Part shown: positions 60,106 through 64,000 of the stretch, in pieces
How positions within the stretch are numbered: position 1 is the stretch's first letter
Layout of the letters: each line of letters opens with the position of its first letter
NCBI GenBank assembly: GCA_964035575.1
Contig: OZ037845.1
Coordinates: forward strand, 1,054,001 to 1,118,000
Source: Rhynchopus sp. YZ270_cl-10
Taxonomy: Eukaryota
Direction: 5' to 3'
Length of the DNA stretch: 64,000 bases
Made by a program: the position numbers and the translations under genes
The notes under the pieces: generated by a model
The model's database searches: none
What the model was told of the DNA's origin: nothing
What the model saw: only the letters and a program-made list of their open reading frames with translations

Positions 60106-62526
60106 ATGGGACGAGGGGTACGATCGGAGACCGTTGGTCCGTTTTCATCGTTGTTGCGTGATGGGAACCAACCCACAGCACCACATGGTGTTGCACCTTT
60201 GGTGTGGCGTCTGCGGCGGAAGGAGGCTGAGGTCCATAGACTGTTACGACGGGAGCGGGGTGGCGGCGGGGGGGCCTTGCGTGCACAGTTCTGCAGCACC
60301 CAGCAGGCGGGGCTGAGGACCCTCCGGTACAACCCTAAGAGCTGCCTTGAGTTGGCCCCACCACGCCTCCCTGCACCACCACGACGTGTCCCTGCCATAT
60401 CTGAGAAGCCCCTTAAAGCTCCTATCCCTCCAGACAGCGACGTCGACTCCCCTCCACTCAGCCCCGCCCCGCCTGCTTCTGCCAATGAAATGACGCAGGC
60501 GCAGCTCACAGAAAACCTTCGGAAGGTTCTCAGTTTCAACGTCCGTCTTGCACAGCAGAACACACCCGAACCTGACACCTCACTCTTCATGGACAATCCT
60601 CTCAACGAGACAAGAGTAGCCATCGAAAGGGGATCATGCTCGCACAGCATGGTCACGTCGTTGCAGCATATGGCAGGGGTTATTGATGGGTATGAAGCAG
60701 GACAGGCTGAGGCAGAGATTGACCGTACCGAATCTAGATTGGTTCTGGATAGAGATCCTTTTGGGCGGTGTCTGCAGGTTGAAGTACCGAATACGGACCA
60801 AGTAAGCAATCCCGACACTCATTCACCACGCGCATTACCCCCGAGAGGTCCTTTTGCAGAAGGCGAAGAGGAAGAGAGTGCCACCTCTCCTGGAACGAAG
60901 CGCAGTTTTAAAGCCTTGGTGCGCGAAACCGCAAAGGCATGCGGATCACTTCTCACGTCTTTGAAGAGAAATGATGGTTCAGATCAATGTGCGTCGCCCT
61001 ACGCAGCGGCTCGGTTTTTACGCGAAGTGGATTTGGGGTATTTTTACACCGACACTGCGACCACCCAAAACCGTCAAATCACACAACTCTTTTCAGACAG
61101 CACACCGCAAAAGACTGCCGCAAAGCCTCCTATAGACCAACTCCAAGACTGTATGGGGGCTGCAGTAGAGAGTGTGCAGACCCTTCTGTTTAAAATGGTA
61201 TCTGATAGCGAAGACGAAGAGCGACAACTCTGCGGAGAACGTGGCGGCGGGGCTCGGGTGGGCAGGGGAAGTCTTGCGAAGGAGGTGGGGGAGGGGGTGG
61301 CGGAGAACAACAAAGACCAACTCCTGTTACTGCAGCATCATCGCAGGGCTTTGAAGGCACTCATGGAGAAGGTGGCTATGGTACGAGAACAGGTCACGGA
61401 AATACAAAAAGGGGAGCAACAGCAGCAACGACCCCGATCTAGCTCCCGAAGACAGAGCATGGTCCGCCAACCTTCCTCGTCAGGCCCTTTTCGTGCGAAG
61501 GCCTCCTTCGTTGGGGTGGATGACCGCAGGGAGGAGCAACCCCAACACCAACACCACCCAAAACGAAGAAGCAGCATGGCAATCGCAGAAGAGCTGGTCG
61601 CAAAACTGACGCAATCGGTCGGAGAGGTGCGCAGCCACTCCTTCGTCAACATCGCCATCGCAGGAAACAAACGCCTCTGGGATCTACACCCCTCCCTCAT
61701 GCCCGGTCTCTACCAGAAATACGTTACCTTAGTGAGAATGGTTGTCGACGCTGCGGATGGCGCGGAGATTATGTGTGAAGACATCTCCTCCGGACCACAG
61801 TGGGTGTTTCACAGCTCAGCGCAGCAGAGTGGGGAAGGGTGTGCTGAGGGACGTCGGGGGAGTCTTCTGCACCACCCTGGGGGCTGCTTTCTTATTGTCC
61901 TCCGCAGTCCTGTGGAGGCGTTGAGGTTTGCGGTGTCGCTGCAGACTGCGATGCATTGTGTTCCTTGGATAGATGAATGCGATGCGGTGACCCCTTCGAC
62001 CCCAGAGGACTTCTTCCCCGCGGAAGGTCCAGAACGCAGTCTTCTCGATCTGCACAATGCAGTGCAGGAGTGTGGTGGTCCTATCCACCACCCCGATGCT
62101 CCTACCTTCCGTTGCAGAATGGGGGTCTCCCTACGCGATGCTTGGGAAGAAAGAACGCAGACCGGAAGTCCGTTTTTTCATGGGGAAGGGGGTATGGAGG
62201 CGTCGTTGTTGTGTGGGTCTGCGCATCCAGGGGAGGTGCTGTGCTCGCCGATGGTGACAGAAGCGGTAGGGGTGCGTGCGTTTATCAGAGAGAGTGGTGC
62301 AACGTTTAAAAATAGGCCGTTGAAGCTGCACTGTGCAGCGCTGCAGCAGCATGTGAGGTTGGTAGAATACGAAGAGGAGCCGACGTCGGTGTTCCCACCC
62401 ACGCCGTGCACATCAACCCTCGGGGATGCAAGTGGAAACTATTCTGGGCACAACCCAAATTGGTGGCTACCCTACGCCGCAGTCGATCCGGCCTTACTGA
62501 AAATCTCCTTGCGAGATGAAAGATAA
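60106..62526 (+). CDS. Hypothetical protein with a degenerate class III nucleotide cyclase-like C-terminal domain
   Basis: SFVNIAIAGNKRLW..HP.LMP, GGCFLIV, FRCRMGV and FHG....AS.L...AHPGEVL parallel the euglenozoan adenylate cyclase domain; metal-binding Asp residues are absent. Confidence 0.65.
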   Translation: MGRGVRSETVGPFSSLLRDGNQPTAPHGVAPLVWRLRRKEAEVHRLLRRERGGGGGALRAQFCSTQQAGLRTLRYNPKSCLELAPPRLPAPPRRVPAISEKPLKAPIPPDSDVDSPPLSPAPPASANEMTQAQLTENLRKVLSFNVRLAQQNTPEPDTSLFMDNPLNETRVAIERGSCSHSMVTSLQHMAGVIDGYEAGQAEAEIDRTESRLVLDRDPFGRCLQVEVPNTDQVSNPDTHSPRALPPRGPFAEGEEEESATSPGTKRSFKALVRETAKACGSLLTSLKRNDGSDQCASPYAAARFLREVDLGYFYTDTATTQNRQITQLFSDSTPQKTAAKPPIDQLQDCMGAAVESVQTLLFKMVSDSEDEERQLCGERGGGARVGRGSLAKEVGEGVAENNKDQLLLLQHHRRALKALMEKVAMVREQVTEIQKGEQQQQRPRSSSRRQSMVRQPSSSGPFRAKASFVGVDDRREEQPQHQHHPKRRSSMAIAEELVAKLTQSVGEVRSHSFVNIAIAGNKRLWDLHPSLMPGLYQKYVTLVRMVVDAADGAEIMCEDISSGPQWVFHSSAQQSGEGCAEGRRGSLLHHPGGCFLIVLRSPVEALRFAVSLQTAMHCVPWIDECDAVTPSTPEDFFPAEGPERSLLDLHNAVQECGGPIHHPDAPTFRCRMGVSLRDAWEERTQTGSPFFHGEGGMEASLLCGSAHPGEVLCSPMVTEAVGVRAFIRESGATFKNRPLKLHCAALQQHVRLVEYEEEPTSVFPPTPCTSTLGDASGNYSGHNPNWWLPYAAVDPALLKISLRDER

Positions 62527-62664
62527 CACCATATAAATAAAATCCCGTTTCCGCTGGATTTGGCATCTTTTTTAAAATAGTGGAATAGAATATCACGGTA
62601 GTTTTTTACGTCCCCCCCTTCCACCTCTAATAACCCCTCAATTTCTACAGGGCTCACCCCCAAT

Positions 62665-63989
62665 ATGGGTGTACCCAGGTACAGTATATGTGCGATGGTG
62701 GTGGTGCTGTGTGTAGAGGGGCTGCCACCACCACCACCTCTTGAGGTGGATGTGGAGGAGTTTGATGAACGTCTGGCAGAGTTGCAGCAGGACCCTGATG
62801 TGACGAGTGACGAGCGGGAGTTGGCGATGGGAAGCAACCACATCCACTCCAAGGACATCACCTCTCAATGCGTGGTGCACGACGGTACGCGGTTATGCAA
62901 ACAGGATGTGGAGGAGCCGACGTGCCCAATTCAGTTCTACCGTACTGCGTATCTGAAGTGCGCAAGAAAGGTGGCGAGCGTCACTGCAGGCGCAGACAAC
63001 GATGTCGCAGCAAAGCTGAGACAGGTCTGGTACACAGACGAACGATGTCTCATCCACCGCACCGTCTGCATCATCACCCATCCTGAGGCTCAGACACAAT
63101 ATTCCGATGAAGTGTTCGACTTCACCCCAATGTGCAAGGAGCGGGTGGTCTTTGAGTACCGCTATCAGCATGGGGATGTCGACAGTGCGAATGTGACCAC
63201 CACCGACATCCAGAACAGCGCGACGAACATGAAGTACGGTACGGAGTATTTGGTCATGCGGGTCAACCTGAGGGGGCAACCACAGTCGGACATCTTCTTA
63301 GAGCTCATCGTGTACGAAAGGGATGCGGAGGGGAGGATCGTCGTTGCTCCGGAGGTGATGGACAGGGACACAGATAGGTCACATCTCAAACATGTACAGG
63401 GGGATATGACGGGTGTGTACGCGCACCTTAAGATGCGTATGCAGACATACCTGACACCGAACGGGACAGCGGAGAATTCGTCCTTATCATTTGACTTACA
63501 GTACAAAGTGACGGCGTTCCCCATGCTCTCGCACTGTAGTGCAGAGGACCAGCGTGCCTGGAACCAGACCCTCCTTGTCGTGGATGCTGTCGACACCAAA
63601 AGCTCTAACCCAACCCCCTGGGCTGCAGCAGGAGTCGTCGCAGCATTGTCTGTCGTCTGTGCGATCTGCAGCTTTCTGATTTCCTGTCTCGTTGCAAGAA
63701 GGCAACGGCGAGCCAAACAGCTTCGTGTCGTTGCAGTGACAGATCAAGGGGAAGTATGGTTTTTTTTTTTTTTTGTAAATCTTTCAAAAAAATATATGCA
63801 AAATTTTGTGTAAAATTTACATTTTAAAAAAATCTTTTCTCACCCTTTCTTCTTCCACAGCGTGCCGATGCTGATACTCTCAACGAGGTTGCTATTCCCT
63901 TACCATTCCCACACCCTTTCGTTGTTGGCATCCCTTTACCCGACAATTTCGACATCAATGTCGACAATCCCCCAACAGAAGCACCCTAG
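62665..63989 (+). CDS. Type I membrane protein of unknown function; exons 62665-63753, 63861-63989
   Basis: Signal peptide, Cys-containing ectodomain, TM helix AAAGVVAALSVVCAICSFLISCLVA followed by RRQRR. Confidence 0.75.
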
Positions 63990-64000
63990 AATGGGTGAGG

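Overview
Eukaryotic nuclear DNA from a euglenozoan, most likely a diplonemid. Evidence: a clear homologue of the Euglenozoa-specific F1-ATPase subunit p18, every recognisable host gene on the + strand (polycistron-like), and many short GT-AG introns, which argue against a trypanosomatid. About 30 protein genes are visible: RPL37 x2, VWA8, SMYD-like, TAF7-like, RPL7A x2, chromodomain-like x2, GST x3, beta-tubulin, ER cyclophilin, UER1-like epimerase/reductase, p18, RACK1 x2, RPS16, PCD, importin-4 and several pseudo-enzymes or unknowns. The main structure not shown by the ORF track is a dispersed, reshuffled set of about 36 snoRNA genes at 28.9-51.5 kb (7 box C/D families and 2 putative single-hairpin AGA families). 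They form cassettes lodged directly in front of different protein genes. Also present are a Helitron-like coding fragment and a 63-bp MITE in RPL37 introns, a TIR element carrying microsatellites, a foldback element, and a protein with four VCP/p97-interacting motifs. Coordinates were counted by eye, and homologies and rRNA targets come from remembered consensus sequences, not from searches.
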